From NCBI GenBank assembly GCA_003598175.1, contig QZKN01000001.1:41695-105694 (forward strand): a DNA stretch of 64,000 nucleotides, written 5' to 3'. Position numbers and translations under genes: made by a program. The stretch is from Candidatus Omnitrophota bacterium. GTDB lineage: Bacteria; Hinthialibacterota; Hinthialibacteria; Hinthialibacterales; Hinthialibacteraceae. Of the stretch, positions 51,315 to 60,459 are shown one piece after another (the stretch's first letter is position 1; each line of letters starts with the position of its first letter). The notes beneath the pieces are model-generated. The model made no database searches. It was given only the letters and a program-made list of their open reading frames with translations, and had not been told where the DNA came from.

Positions 51315-52334
51315 TTATTCCATCATGCTGGCCGCAGGGGTGCGGGTTCCATAGCCCGTTACCGATTTTTTCGCGCGACCGTCCCATATGAAATATTGTC
51401 GGTTTTGCGTCATCACGCGTTCGAGAACCTTGACCGGGTAGGATTTGCCTAAATTGACGGCGCCGGTCGTCGTATCCACTTCCCACGATTTTGTTCCTTT
51501 TTTCGTGCGCAGCAGGACCAGATCGAGCGGCAGGGTTTCGTAAATGGAAGCCTGTCCCATCGAATGGAAAATTTTCTTGATTTGATCCAGCGCCAGCGGA
51601 ATTTCGTGGGAATTGTCGAAATTGGTGCCTTTGATCGGGCCCATCACGTACACCGCCCAACGATAGTTATATTCCGAATGTTTGTTCATTTGCGCCAGTT
51701 CGCGAATCATCACATCCGCGTTTTTGGGAACGCTGCCTCCCATGGCCGGAGCGCGTTGGACCAGACGTTCCAAATTTTTGGATACTTTTTTCAATTGGTC
51801 CTCCGAAGGCTTTCTGCGCGGATCGAACGACCAGATGTCTTCCTTCCCTTCTTGCGCAATATTTTTCGACAAACCGCCGGCATATCCGGAACTGAGCCAG
51901 CCGATGATTTTTTTGACCAACACGAGCAAAAGCAAAAAACCGGCAATCGTAATTCCGAATCCGGCCATGACGAATATGGAAAATCCAGCGATCGGATGCG
52001 CTTCCAGGAATGGTTTGACCTGTTCGACAAAATAGACGCCGATTCGCTCGAATTGTGCCGCGATGGACTCTTTAACTTTATCGTTTTGAGAGGAAATCCA
52101 GGCGCCGATGGTTCTGCCGATATCGTTCAGGATGCGGGCGCCGTCGTGCAGATGGAGGGCATAATACGGAGTGAAGGATTGAAAAAACGGACGGCCCTGC
52201 ATGTAATTTCTGTACCCGGAAAAAAAATAGATGCTTCCCAATATGCCAAGCACCATCAGGGTTTTGTAGCCGATGAATTGCAGGATCAATTCAATTTCCG
52301 ATTTGGTGTTGCGTGGACGTTCGGTAGTTGCCAC
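51315..52334 (-). CDS. Hypothetical membrane protein
   Basis: Two hydrophobic segments and a soluble C-terminal domain. GTG start at 52334 after AGGA. Confidence 0.65.
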   Translation of the reverse strand: MATTERPRNTKSEIELILQFIGYKTLMVLGILGSIYFFSGYRNYMQGRPFFQSFTPYYALHLHDGARILNDIGRTIGAWISSQNDKVKESIAAQFERIGVYFVEQVKPFLEAHPIAGFSIFVMAGFGITIAGFLLLLVLVKKIIGWLSSGYAGGLSKNIAQEGKEDIWSFDPRRKPSEDQLKKVSKNLERLVQRAPAMGGSVPKNADVMIRELAQMNKHSEYNYRWAVYVMGPIKGTNFDNSHEIPLALDQIKKIFHSMGQASIYETLPLDLVLLRTKKGTKSWEVDTTTGAVNLGKSYPVKVLERVMTQNRQYFIWDGRAKKSVTGYGTRTPAASMME

Positions 52335-52413
52335 AATCCTGTTTCCTTTTGTATACAGACCTACATGATTGCATGATCGAAACGAATGATGAACCTCTCT
52401 GCGTTTCAACAAT

Positions 52414-52435
52414 GTGGGCAGGATGCCCGCGCTCC
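52414..52435 (-). repeat. REP-like hairpin
   Basis: Minus strand reads GGAGC-GCGGGCA-TCC-TGCCCAC. Confidence 0.55.
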
Positions 52436-52823
52436 GGCATGTCCATCGAGACGAATCCATCAACGGATTCAGCGAACCATTCGCCGTAGCCTTTTCATTA
52501 TTTTAGCGCATAAAGAGCAAATAAAAAATAGTAAGGTTTATACTTTATATAATTCAAGCGAAAAGAGGGTGCTTGCAACGTCGCATTCGTTCCCGACAAA
52601 AAAACAAATAATCCGGCTATGCTTCTTGAACATATTCTCGCCATTGTCAGAATGTACATGAGAGAGAACCGATCCCGAAACGAATAAATCCTTTCATGTC
52701 GCCTGGTTTCCGGGTTACCGATCTGGCGATTTTGCCGTTTCATGGGTGCGGTTCCACATCAAACGATGAAGTCCGCGTCGGTTTATGATGAGAAAATTCA
52801 ACGAGGAATGATTTTGTTCGCCT

Positions 52824-53720
52824 ATGTCTGAAGTGTACGATTCCGAATCCTTAATCAGCGTGAGTATCGTCATCCCCTGTTTCAATGAGGTCGATGCGGT
52901 CGGTCCGGTCATCGATGATGTGCGTCATGCGATGGGAACGACTGACTCCGTGTACGAAATTCTGGTGGTGGACGATTGTTCGACCGATGCCACTGCTCAA
53001 ATTGCGAAAGACAAAGGAGTCCGCGTCATCGAGCGGAAAATGAACGGCGGCTCCGGGGCGTCGCGAAAGACCGGATTGCTCCATGCGCGCGGAGAAATCG
53101 TGGTGATGCTGGACGCCGACGGAACCTATACCGCCGCCGACATTCCGAAAATGCTGGCGTTGTTTCCCGAGTGGGATCAGGTCAACGGGGCGCGCACGTC
53201 CGAAGAAGGGACGATGAAATTTTTTCGCGTACCCGCGAAGTGGTGCATCCGCCAATTGGCGATTTACCTGTCCGGCGTGCACATCCCCGATTTGAATACA
53301 GGTTTGAAAGCGTTCAAGCGGGATATCATGTTGAAGTATTTATGGGTGATTCCCGACGGATTTTCCTGCGTGACCACCATGACTCTCGCTTTTCTGTGCA
53401 ACGGGTATTCGGTGACCTGGATTCCGACGCAGTATCACAAACGCATCGGAAAATCCAAATTTCACCCGATCAAAGACACGTCGAAATACTTTTCCACCGT
53501 CGTCCGCATGGTGATGTATTTCAATCCGTTGCGGGTGTTCATGCCGATCGGTTTGATTCTTTTCCTGCTGGGCTCGGTTCGCGGATTGATCGAATATTTC
53601 TGCGTGAGTGGATCGTTGCAGGAAGGGGATATTATTTTGACGTTGGGCGGCGTCTTGATCGGCGTGATGGGGCTTCTGGCCGATTTGATCGTCGCGCAAG
53701 GCCGTTCACGTAACCATTAA
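52824..53720 (+). CDS. Glycosyltransferase family 2 with C-terminal TM helices (DPM1/GtrB-like)
   Basis: IVIPCFNE, VVDDCSTD, MLDADGTY and two C-terminal TM helices. Confidence 0.9.
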   Translation: MSEVYDSESLISVSIVIPCFNEVDAVGPVIDDVRHAMGTTDSVYEILVVDDCSTDATAQIAKDKGVRVIERKMNGGSGASRKTGLLHARGEIVVMLDADGTYTAADIPKMLALFPEWDQVNGARTSEEGTMKFFRVPAKWCIRQLAIYLSGVHIPDLNTGLKAFKRDIMLKYLWVIPDGFSCVTTMTLAFLCNGYSVTWIPTQYHKRIGKSKFHPIKDTSKYFSTVVRMVMYFNPLRVFMPIGLILFLLGSVRGLIEYFCVSGSLQEGDIILTLGGVLIGVMGLLADLIVAQGRSRNH

Positions 53721-54035
53721 ATCCGATATATTATTTGCTGTATAATATATGCAGCCCAGCTGATCCATTTATTCCATTGCTTTTTATTCCTACCCCTTGC
53801 CGTCTTGCAGAAATTGTGACATGATTCAGAATATATTGAGCTTATGAAAAACCGCTTTTGTGGCACGATCGGACCATCTCGAGTGTGAGATATGTCCCAT
53901 TTGAAAAAATATTGAATTTCAACTTGAAATTTTCCTAAAGTTTACCTATCTTATCAACATTATTCACTTCGTTGTATTTACGGAGCGGCTTACAAGCCAT
54001 AAACTAAAATTGTTACAGGTTCGGAGAATCCTCTT

Positions 54036-55496
54036 ATGAAAACTCTGACGCTGATTCCACCCAGTAAATTCAGTAAAAACGTCGCGCGGGATTTGGTGTA
54101 TGGTTGTTGGTGCAAAGGCAAACGCATCGCCGGCATTCAATTTCCGCCGGTTTCCCAGCTGATGGTGACGACCGTGTTGAAAGAAAACGGGCACGACGCA
54201 CATTTGTTGGACGCCGCCGGTTTGCAATATTCACTCGATCAGATCAAAGAGCAGGTGGGCCGGGAACAATATGGCGCCTGCATCGTACTCACGTCCACGA
54301 TGACAGTGCAGGAAGACGCGGACATCTTGAACGAACTCAAGCAGGTCAATCCCGGCATGAAAACCATCGTGACCGGTTCGCAGCCGACCTTCATGCCGCA
54401 TGCGACGCTGGCCCGCAAGGGCATCGATTTTGTGGCGCTGCGGGAACAGGAATACATTCTGCGAGATTTGATTGCCGCATTGGATCAGGGCGGCGATGCG
54501 TTTAAGAAGGTGCTCGGCGTCGGGTTTCGCGATGAGAACGGGCAGGACGTCATCAATCCTTATGCGCCATTGATCAAGGATTTGGACGAGTTGCCCATTG
54601 CCGACCGCACCATGCTGCCGCAGGACATCGATTATTTCAATCCGATTATCAAACGAATGCCGTTTACGACCATGTTCACCACCCGCGGCTGCACCGCCAA
54701 ATGTACGTATTGCTCATCTCCGCCGTTTTATGGGGAAAAAGTACGTTTTCGCACGGCGGAAAAAGTGCTGGCGGAAATGGAATATTGTCAAAATTTGGGC
54801 TATAAGGAAATTTTTTTCCGCGACGAACTCTTCACCGCTTCCAAAAAACGGGTGTTGGAAATCTGCGTGGGGATCAAGGAACGGAAACTGGATTTGACCT
54901 GGATTTGCAGTTCCCGCGTGAACAACGTTGATCCGGAAATGTTGAAAGCGATGAAGGAGGCCAGCTGCCATCTCATCCGTTTCGGCGTCGAATCCGGCGT
55001 GCAGGAAATTCTGGACAACGTGCGCAAGGACATTACCGTCGAAGAGACCCGGCAGGCGTTCCAATGGTGCCACGAATACAAAATCGACACCCACGCGCAT
55101 TGCATGATCGGCAGTCCGGGCGAAACACAGGAAACCATCGACACGAGTCTGCGATTTATCAAAGAGATTGATCCGACCGTCATTACCTTCGGCATCACCA
55201 CACCCTATCCGGGAACCGCTCTCTTCGACGAAGTGGCCGCCGTACATCCCGAAATCGGCGACGGCAGCCAGATGGACCTCAGCCGCCTGCATACGGATTC
55301 GTTCTTCAACCAATTCTTTACCGATCTGTCGAACGACGAACTCTCGCGCAACATTCGACACATCTACCGCTCGTTCTATTTCCGCCCCGGTTATCTCTTC
55401 AAATGGCTGCGGCGTATCAACAGCTGGGAGGAGTTCAAGCGGGTGACGATGGCGGGGGCGAATGTGTTTGATTTTGCGTTTAATCGGGGGGATTAG
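54036..55496 (+). CDS. Cobalamin-binding radical SAM protein
   Basis: N-terminal B12-binding domain, RGCTAKCTYC (CxxxCxxC), FGVESG and PYPGT. Confidence 0.9.
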   Translation: MKTLTLIPPSKFSKNVARDLVYGCWCKGKRIAGIQFPPVSQLMVTTVLKENGHDAHLLDAAGLQYSLDQIKEQVGREQYGACIVLTSTMTVQEDADILNELKQVNPGMKTIVTGSQPTFMPHATLARKGIDFVALREQEYILRDLIAALDQGGDAFKKVLGVGFRDENGQDVINPYAPLIKDLDELPIADRTMLPQDIDYFNPIIKRMPFTTMFTTRGCTAKCTYCSSPPFYGEKVRFRTAEKVLAEMEYCQNLGYKEIFFRDELFTASKKRVLEICVGIKERKLDLTWICSSRVNNVDPEMLKAMKEASCHLIRFGVESGVQEILDNVRKDITVEETRQAFQWCHEYKIDTHAHCMIGSPGETQETIDTSLRFIKEIDPTVITFGITTPYPGTALFDEVAAVHPEIGDGSQMDLSRLHTDSFFNQFFTDLSNDELSRNIRHIYRSFYFRPGYLFKWLRRINSWEEFKRVTMAGANVFDFAFNRGD

Positions 55497-55927
55497 ACGG
55501 ATGTGTTGATCCTATCATCCTCTTCCTGAATGTTTGCGCCAAGTAATCGCTGCAGTTCCTGTACGAAAGATTTAGATTTTTCAAGTAAATAACGCACTTG
55601 TTCTTTTTCGAATGTGATGAATTCTGTGTAATCACCTCGTTGCCGATTTTCGAAGACGATGTCGAAAAATTTCCCCCATTCTTTATCCAATTTTCCTGTT
55701 TTGACCAAATGGGAATGAAGCGCGCCTCTCACGCCGGAATGTTTGGTGAATCGATGTCCTGATTGTAAAAGCACCGCACTGGCGGAATAAAAATAGGCAT
55801 AATACAAACGATTTACAGCAAAATGATATCGACCGGACTCAAGCTCGGAGGCGGCTGATTGCAGTGATTGTTCGGCCATTTCCAGCCAATACGTAATGAT
55901 CACTTTTTTCGAGTTGATTTCGTCCAC
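55493..55927 (-). CDS. HEPN domain protein (UPF0332-like)
   Basis: AVNRLYYA.F, KHSGV and RQRGDY. Downstream of a nucleotidyltransferase. Confidence 0.85.
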   Translation of the reverse strand: MDEINSKKVIITYWLEMAEQSLQSAASELESGRYHFAVNRLYYAYFYSASAVLLQSGHRFTKHSGVRGALHSHLVKTGKLDKEWGKFFDIVFENRQRGDYTEFITFEKEQVRYLLEKSKSFVQELQRLLGANIQEEDDRINTSV

Positions 55928-56271
55928 AGTTCCACTCCCTCGCGTTGAATTTCACCATAAATCGGAAGACAGGTATAGGGGCCGTTTATCCATTGTTCAT
56001 GAGATATCACAAGCGTACTGATAACCACATCATGGCGGAGCTCAACATCATACAATGCTTCCGTAACAGCGTCTTGTTCACGCCAACTCAAAACCCTCTC
56101 TGTCAATAGTAACAAATCGATGTCCGATTCCTCATCATCGGTTCCCGTGGATTTTGAGCCGTAAAGAACAATTTGAAGGACAGGGAATCGATCACGAAGC
56201 AATCGAATGGTTTCCTCGATAGCGTTTTGATCTTTTGGAGAAAGTTGGATCGTCTCATGCATTTTTTTCAT
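55900..56271 (-). CDS. Minimal nucleotidyltransferase (MNT)
   Basis: LYGSKSTG...ESDIDLL. The start overlaps the mrr stop (ATGA). Confidence 0.88.
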   Translation of the reverse strand: MKKMHETIQLSPKDQNAIEETIRLLRDRFPVLQIVLYGSKSTGTDDEESDIDLLLLTERVLSWREQDAVTEALYDVELRHDVVISTLVISHEQWINGPYTCLPIYGEIQREGVELWTKSTRKK

Positions 56272-57025
56272 TCTTCCATAAAATAATCCGAATCGATTCG
56301 TTTAATCTCATATACGGTTGTCGTGGAGACGCCAAGGTTTACGTCGATCATAAAATTGGCAAGGGACCAGCCATCGATCAGGATCACTTTGGGATCGATA
56401 TTTCGGACATATTCAATTGCCTCGTCGGAGAATTTGCCGGTCGTGATAAATACACCTTTCTTTGCTTTTTTTCCGTACAAGGCTCCTACAAATTTTTGTA
56501 TTTCCGGTCTTCCGACATTTCCTTCCCATCTCTTCGCCTGTAGATAGATTACATCCAGGCCCAAGCGGTCTTCTTTGATGATGCCATCGATGCCTTCATC
56601 GCCGGATTGACCAACCGATTTGCCGGCGTCGATTCACAACGATCTGATATTTCTTCCTCAACAACAGTTTCTTTATCAGGTTTAGCAGTATGAAATTCCA
56701 GAAACTCTTTATATTGTTTAAGCCTCTTTACCTCGATTCTTTCATGTCCTTCATCCAATAATTCTCGGCCACGATCGGTAATTTTAATATATGCCTTCCG
56801 TGGTCTTTCAAGAACTAAAGCTTTAACAAAATAGCTTGCTGCCCAGTTTGCTCTACTATCGAATTTGGACTGTATCCCGCTCGGTAATAGTTTGCGCAAA
56901 TCATCTTCCGCAAGATTCATTTGAGTAGCGATTTTTTCACGTACTTCTTTCATGGAATGCTCGTTTCCATCCGAAGCGATTTCCAATAACGGTTTAAAGA
57001 ATGATGGAAAATCAGGAACCGGCAT
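56268..57025 (-). pseudogene. mrr: Mrr restriction endonuclease with internal deletion and frameshift
   Basis: The Mrr N-terminal domain (57025 to about 56625) is joined out of frame to the catalytic part DAGKSVGQSGDEGIDGIIKEDRLGLDVIYLQAKRW. The usual intervening segment is missing. Confidence 0.85.
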
Positions 57026-57312
57026 TTTATCTTATTCCCCTTTTTATTTACGCAGGATGAATTGAATTTTATGAATGATTGATTTCGATGTAAAGGAATG
57101 TATGAACAAAGAAGCATGATGCATCTGAAGACATTACTCGCGTCCTTCCTAATGAATCCATTTGTATTATTCACTTCCGTATCATCGTACTATCTTGATT
57201 CTCCATATTCCTTTCCCATAGTCAAGAAGAGAGTCTGATAGGACATATCAGAGATTGATTATAAAAGAGGTATAATTACTTATCATCAATGGATGGGGGC
57301 AAGAGAAACATC

Positions 57313-57828
57313 ATGACCACATTGGAAATGGAAAAAGGATTTCAGGAAATCTGGAAATTGTTTGCGGAGACGGATAGAAAACTGAAGGAAACCGACGATA
57401 AAATTGAGAAACTGATCGGGCGTTGGAGTCTGTTTGTCGAAGGGCTGGTGGTTCCGGCGGCCAAACGATTGTTTCGAGAGCGTGGTATTGAGATCAAGCA
57501 CCTTTCCCAGCATGTCGATGTTTCCCGAGACGGACAGGAAGGGATGGAAATCGATATTCTGGGGGTAAATGGCGAGTATGCGGTTTTGATCGAAGCCAAA
57601 AGCACTCTCGGCGTCCACGACGTGGATGAACATATTGAGCGATTGAAGAAGTTCAAGACCTTTTTTCCGGAATATTCCGATCGCAAGGCCATCGGCGCGG
57701 TGGCCGGGATTGTGATTCGAAAAGGCGCGGACAAATACGCCTATAAAAAAGGATTATTCGTCATCGCGCAAAGCGGAGATACAGTGACGATTCTTAACGA
57801 TATGCATTTCAAGCCGAAAGAATGGTAA
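57313..57828 (+). CDS. Coiled-coil plus PD-(D/E)XK-like protein (DUF3782-like), copy 2
   Basis: Paralog of 6515..7051 and 7 aa shorter. Confidence 0.75.
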   Translation: MTTLEMEKGFQEIWKLFAETDRKLKETDDKIEKLIGRWSLFVEGLVVPAAKRLFRERGIEIKHLSQHVDVSRDGQEGMEIDILGVNGEYAVLIEAKSTLGVHDVDEHIERLKKFKTFFPEYSDRKAIGAVAGIVIRKGADKYAYKKGLFVIAQSGDTVTILNDMHFKPKEW

Positions 57829-57833
57829 TAGAA

Positions 57834-58025
57834 ATGAGTCAAACGCTAAAAATCGAAATGGATAATGAAGTGCTTCTCGGTATGGATAAGACGCCGGAAG
57901 AAATGGCGAATGAGATGCGTCTGGCAGCTGCTGTGAAATGGTATGAACTCGGAATTCTCAGTCAGGGAAAAGCAGCTTGTGTGAATTTCATGATCGATCG
58001 ATCACAACGAAGGACGAAAATGTAA
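57834..58025 (+). pseudogene. UPF0175-family antitoxin, 3' truncated
   Basis: RLAAAVKWYELG.LSQGKAA matches the family, then the expected ELAG.SR.EF helix is replaced by unrelated sequence. Confidence 0.65.
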
Positions 58026-58049
58026 CGCCGGCGTCCTGCCGGCGTTACA
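58021..58049. repeat. Perfect 12-bp-arm REP-like palindrome
   Basis: TGTAACGCCGGC-GTCCT-GCCGGCGTTACA. Confidence 0.7.
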
Positions 58050-58065
58050 AATCTTCCATCTCTCC

Positions 58066-58117
58066 TTGACGCCTAAACAAATGAACACTACAATACTGCA
58101 CAAGTGTTCACATGTAC
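58066..58117 (+). promoter_or_regulatory. lexA promoter with candidate operator(s)
   Basis: TTGACG (58066), 17 nt, TACAAT (58089). Inverted repeat TGAACAC-N15-GTGTTCA. GTTC-ACAT-GTAC at 58106-58117. Confidence 0.65.
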
Positions 58118-58132
58118 GGTTCCGGAGAACGG

Positions 58133-58789
58133 ATGATGACAAATTTGACGGATACACAGAAGGAAATACTCGAATTTATCGATCAGTCGATCCAGGATCG
58201 GGGATTTCCGCCGACGTTGCGGGAAATCTGTGAGAAATTCAAATTTTCTTCCACCAACGGCGCGCGCTATCACATTTACCGATTACAAAAATTGGGGCAT
58301 CTCGACGTAGAGCCAAAAACTTCGCGCGGAGTCAAGCGAGTGGCGAAAGGGCGGAAAAAAACGCCGTCGCGCTTCAACTATCGGCTGCCGATTTTAGGGC
58401 GGGTGCCGGCGGGTCCTTTGAATTTGGCGTCTCCGGATGTGCGGGAAGATGAAATTGGCGTCGATCCGCAGTTTTTCGGTAGCCAGGAAGCGGAGCCGGA
58501 GTTGTTCGGATTACGGGTCAACGGCGACAGCATGATCAACGCAGGGATTTTTGACGGCGATGTAGTGGTGGTACGTTCCCAGCTGACCGCCGGCGACGGC
58601 GAGATCGTGGTGGCGCGAGTGGAGGAAGAGGCCACGGTGAAACGATTCCGGCGAATGAGAAACGCTATTGTGTTGGAAGCGGCCAATCCGGCTTACGAAC
58701 CGATTCGCATTTCCGATTTGGGAGGAATCGAAAACGGCCAGAACGTTGGAATTATGGGGGTGGTTGTCGGATTGATCCGCGCTATTTGA
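58133..58789 (+). CDS. lexA: SOS repressor LexA
   Basis: GFPPTLREI wHTH, GRVPAG cleavage site, GDSM serine and TVKR lysine. Confidence 0.95.
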   Translation: MMTNLTDTQKEILEFIDQSIQDRGFPPTLREICEKFKFSSTNGARYHIYRLQKLGHLDVEPKTSRGVKRVAKGRKKTPSRFNYRLPILGRVPAGPLNLASPDVREDEIGVDPQFFGSQEAEPELFGLRVNGDSMINAGIFDGDVVVVRSQLTAGDGEIVVARVEEEATVKRFRRMRNAIVLEAANPAYEPIRISDLGGIENGQNVGIMGVVVGLIRAI

Positions 58790-58939
58790 AACAGTAAAAA
58801 CGCCAAGGCAACGGGATGAAATGACATGAAATAATCGTGCCATTCTTATCCCCGGTCATGCCGGAATCGGTGGGGAGATTGCCTTTTCACGAGCGGGTGC
58901 GTATGATTCGGGTTTCAGATTTTTTCGAGGAGAACTCAC

Positions 58940-60232
58940 ATGATCGAACGGTATACGCGCAAGGAAATGGGACGAATTTGGAGCGATTCGTTTCGCTTCG
59001 AAATGTGGCTGAAGGTAGAAATCGCCGCTTGTGTGGCGCACAACAAACTCGGCGTGGTTCCGGATGATGCGCTTAAGGACATTCGGGAAAAAGCCGCGTT
59101 TGACATCGAGCGCATCCATGAAATTGAAAAAACGGTCGATCACGAAACCATCGCTTTTCTAACCAATGTGGCGGAACACGTTGGGCCGGCCGCCCGCTAT
59201 ATCCATTATGGCATGACCTCGTCCGACAAATTGGACACCGCTCTGGCCCTGCAACTGGTTGCCGCCTCCGATCTGCTGCTGGCCGGCATTGACAACCTCA
59301 GGCAGTCTGTCGGAGAACTGGCCAAAAAACATCGCCACACGATCATGGTCGGCAGAACCCACGGCGTGCACGCCGAACCGATTACGTTTGGCCTGAAACC
59401 GGCGTTGTGGTATGCGGAACTCGGGCGGCAATACGAGCGCATGCGCCGCGCGAAAGAGACCATCCGCGTGGGCAAAGTCTCCAGCGCCGTCGGCACGTAT
59501 TCCAGCATCGATCCGCGCGTGGAAGCCATCGTTTGCGAGGAATTGGAACTCGAAGCGTCGCCGATCAGCAATCAAGTCATTCAACGCGACCGCCACGCCG
59601 AATTTTTATGCACGCTGGCCATCATCGGCGGCACGCTGGAGAAAATGGCGGTCGAGATTCGCGGTCTGCAAAAAACGGAAATCCGCGAAGTGGAGGAGCC
59701 GTTCCCCCCCGGACAGAAAGGCTCGTCTTGCATGCCGCATAAGCGTAATCCCAACGTCTGCGAACGCATCACCGGCCTAGCCAGGCTGCTGCGCGGGTAT
59801 ATGCACACCGGCGTCGAAAATATCACACTGTGGCACGAACGGGATATCTCGCATTCCTCGGTCGAACGCATTACGCTGGCGGATTCCGCGATTTTGCTGG
59901 ATTACATGCTGGCCAAAATGAATTGGATCATTGAAAATCTGGTGGTTCACACTGATCGCATGAAGCATAATCTGGCCTCCTCGAAAGGCCTGGTGTTTTC
60001 TCAAAAAGTCCTGCTTACCCTCACGCAAAAAGGCATGTCGCGCGAAGACGCCTACCGCATCGTGCAGGCGTGTTCCATGAAAGCGTGGGATTCCGACTCG
60101 ACGCTGCTTGACGAATTGAAACGCGACGCGGAAGTCTCCGCCCAATCCACCGGCGAGGAGCTGGAAGCATGTTTTTACCTCGACGACTTACTTAAAAACG
60201 TGGATATTATTTTTGACCGGTTGGGATTGTGA
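58940..60232 (+). CDS. purB: Adenylosuccinate lyase
   Basis: MIERY, GRTHGVHAEP, GSSCMPHKRNP and WHERDISHSS.ER. Confidence 0.97.
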   Translation: MIERYTRKEMGRIWSDSFRFEMWLKVEIAACVAHNKLGVVPDDALKDIREKAAFDIERIHEIEKTVDHETIAFLTNVAEHVGPAARYIHYGMTSSDKLDTALALQLVAASDLLLAGIDNLRQSVGELAKKHRHTIMVGRTHGVHAEPITFGLKPALWYAELGRQYERMRRAKETIRVGKVSSAVGTYSSIDPRVEAIVCEELELEASPISNQVIQRDRHAEFLCTLAIIGGTLEKMAVEIRGLQKTEIREVEEPFPPGQKGSSCMPHKRNPNVCERITGLARLLRGYMHTGVENITLWHERDISHSSVERITLADSAILLDYMLAKMNWIIENLVVHTDRMKHNLASSKGLVFSQKVLLTLTQKGMSREDAYRIVQACSMKAWDSDSTLLDELKRDAEVSAQSTGEELEACFYLDDLLKNVDIIFDRLGL

Positions 60233-60244
60233 TACAATAATAAA

Positions 60245-60436
60245 ATGTCCGCCATGTGCAAGGGGGAATGGAACCGAATTCGATCCGAAGACGGGAAGAG
60301 GGTCGAATTATATAATCTCGAGTCCGATCCGCTGGAAACAACGGATATGGCGGAGTCGCAGCCGCGGAAAGTGCAGGAATTGGGGGAATTATGGAAAGAG
60401 ATACGGATTAAAGACAAGAAAAAGGAATCATCTTGA
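60245..60436 (+). pseudogene. Sulfatase C-terminal fragment
   Basis: ELYNLESDPLETTDMA...P.KV.EL..LW matches the sulfatase C-terminal pattern. There is no catalytic domain. Confidence 0.65.
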
Positions 60437-60459
60437 TCGTACGATAAATTTGCATCTTT

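Noticed and set aside
6515-57828. Paralog pair as template and variable repeats of a diversity-generating retroelement
   Set aside because: Differences are not adenine-specific, both copies are full ORFs, and there is no reverse transcriptase in the window.
57980-57995. CRP-like TGTGA-N6 site
   Set aside because: The second half-site is TGATC, not TCACA.
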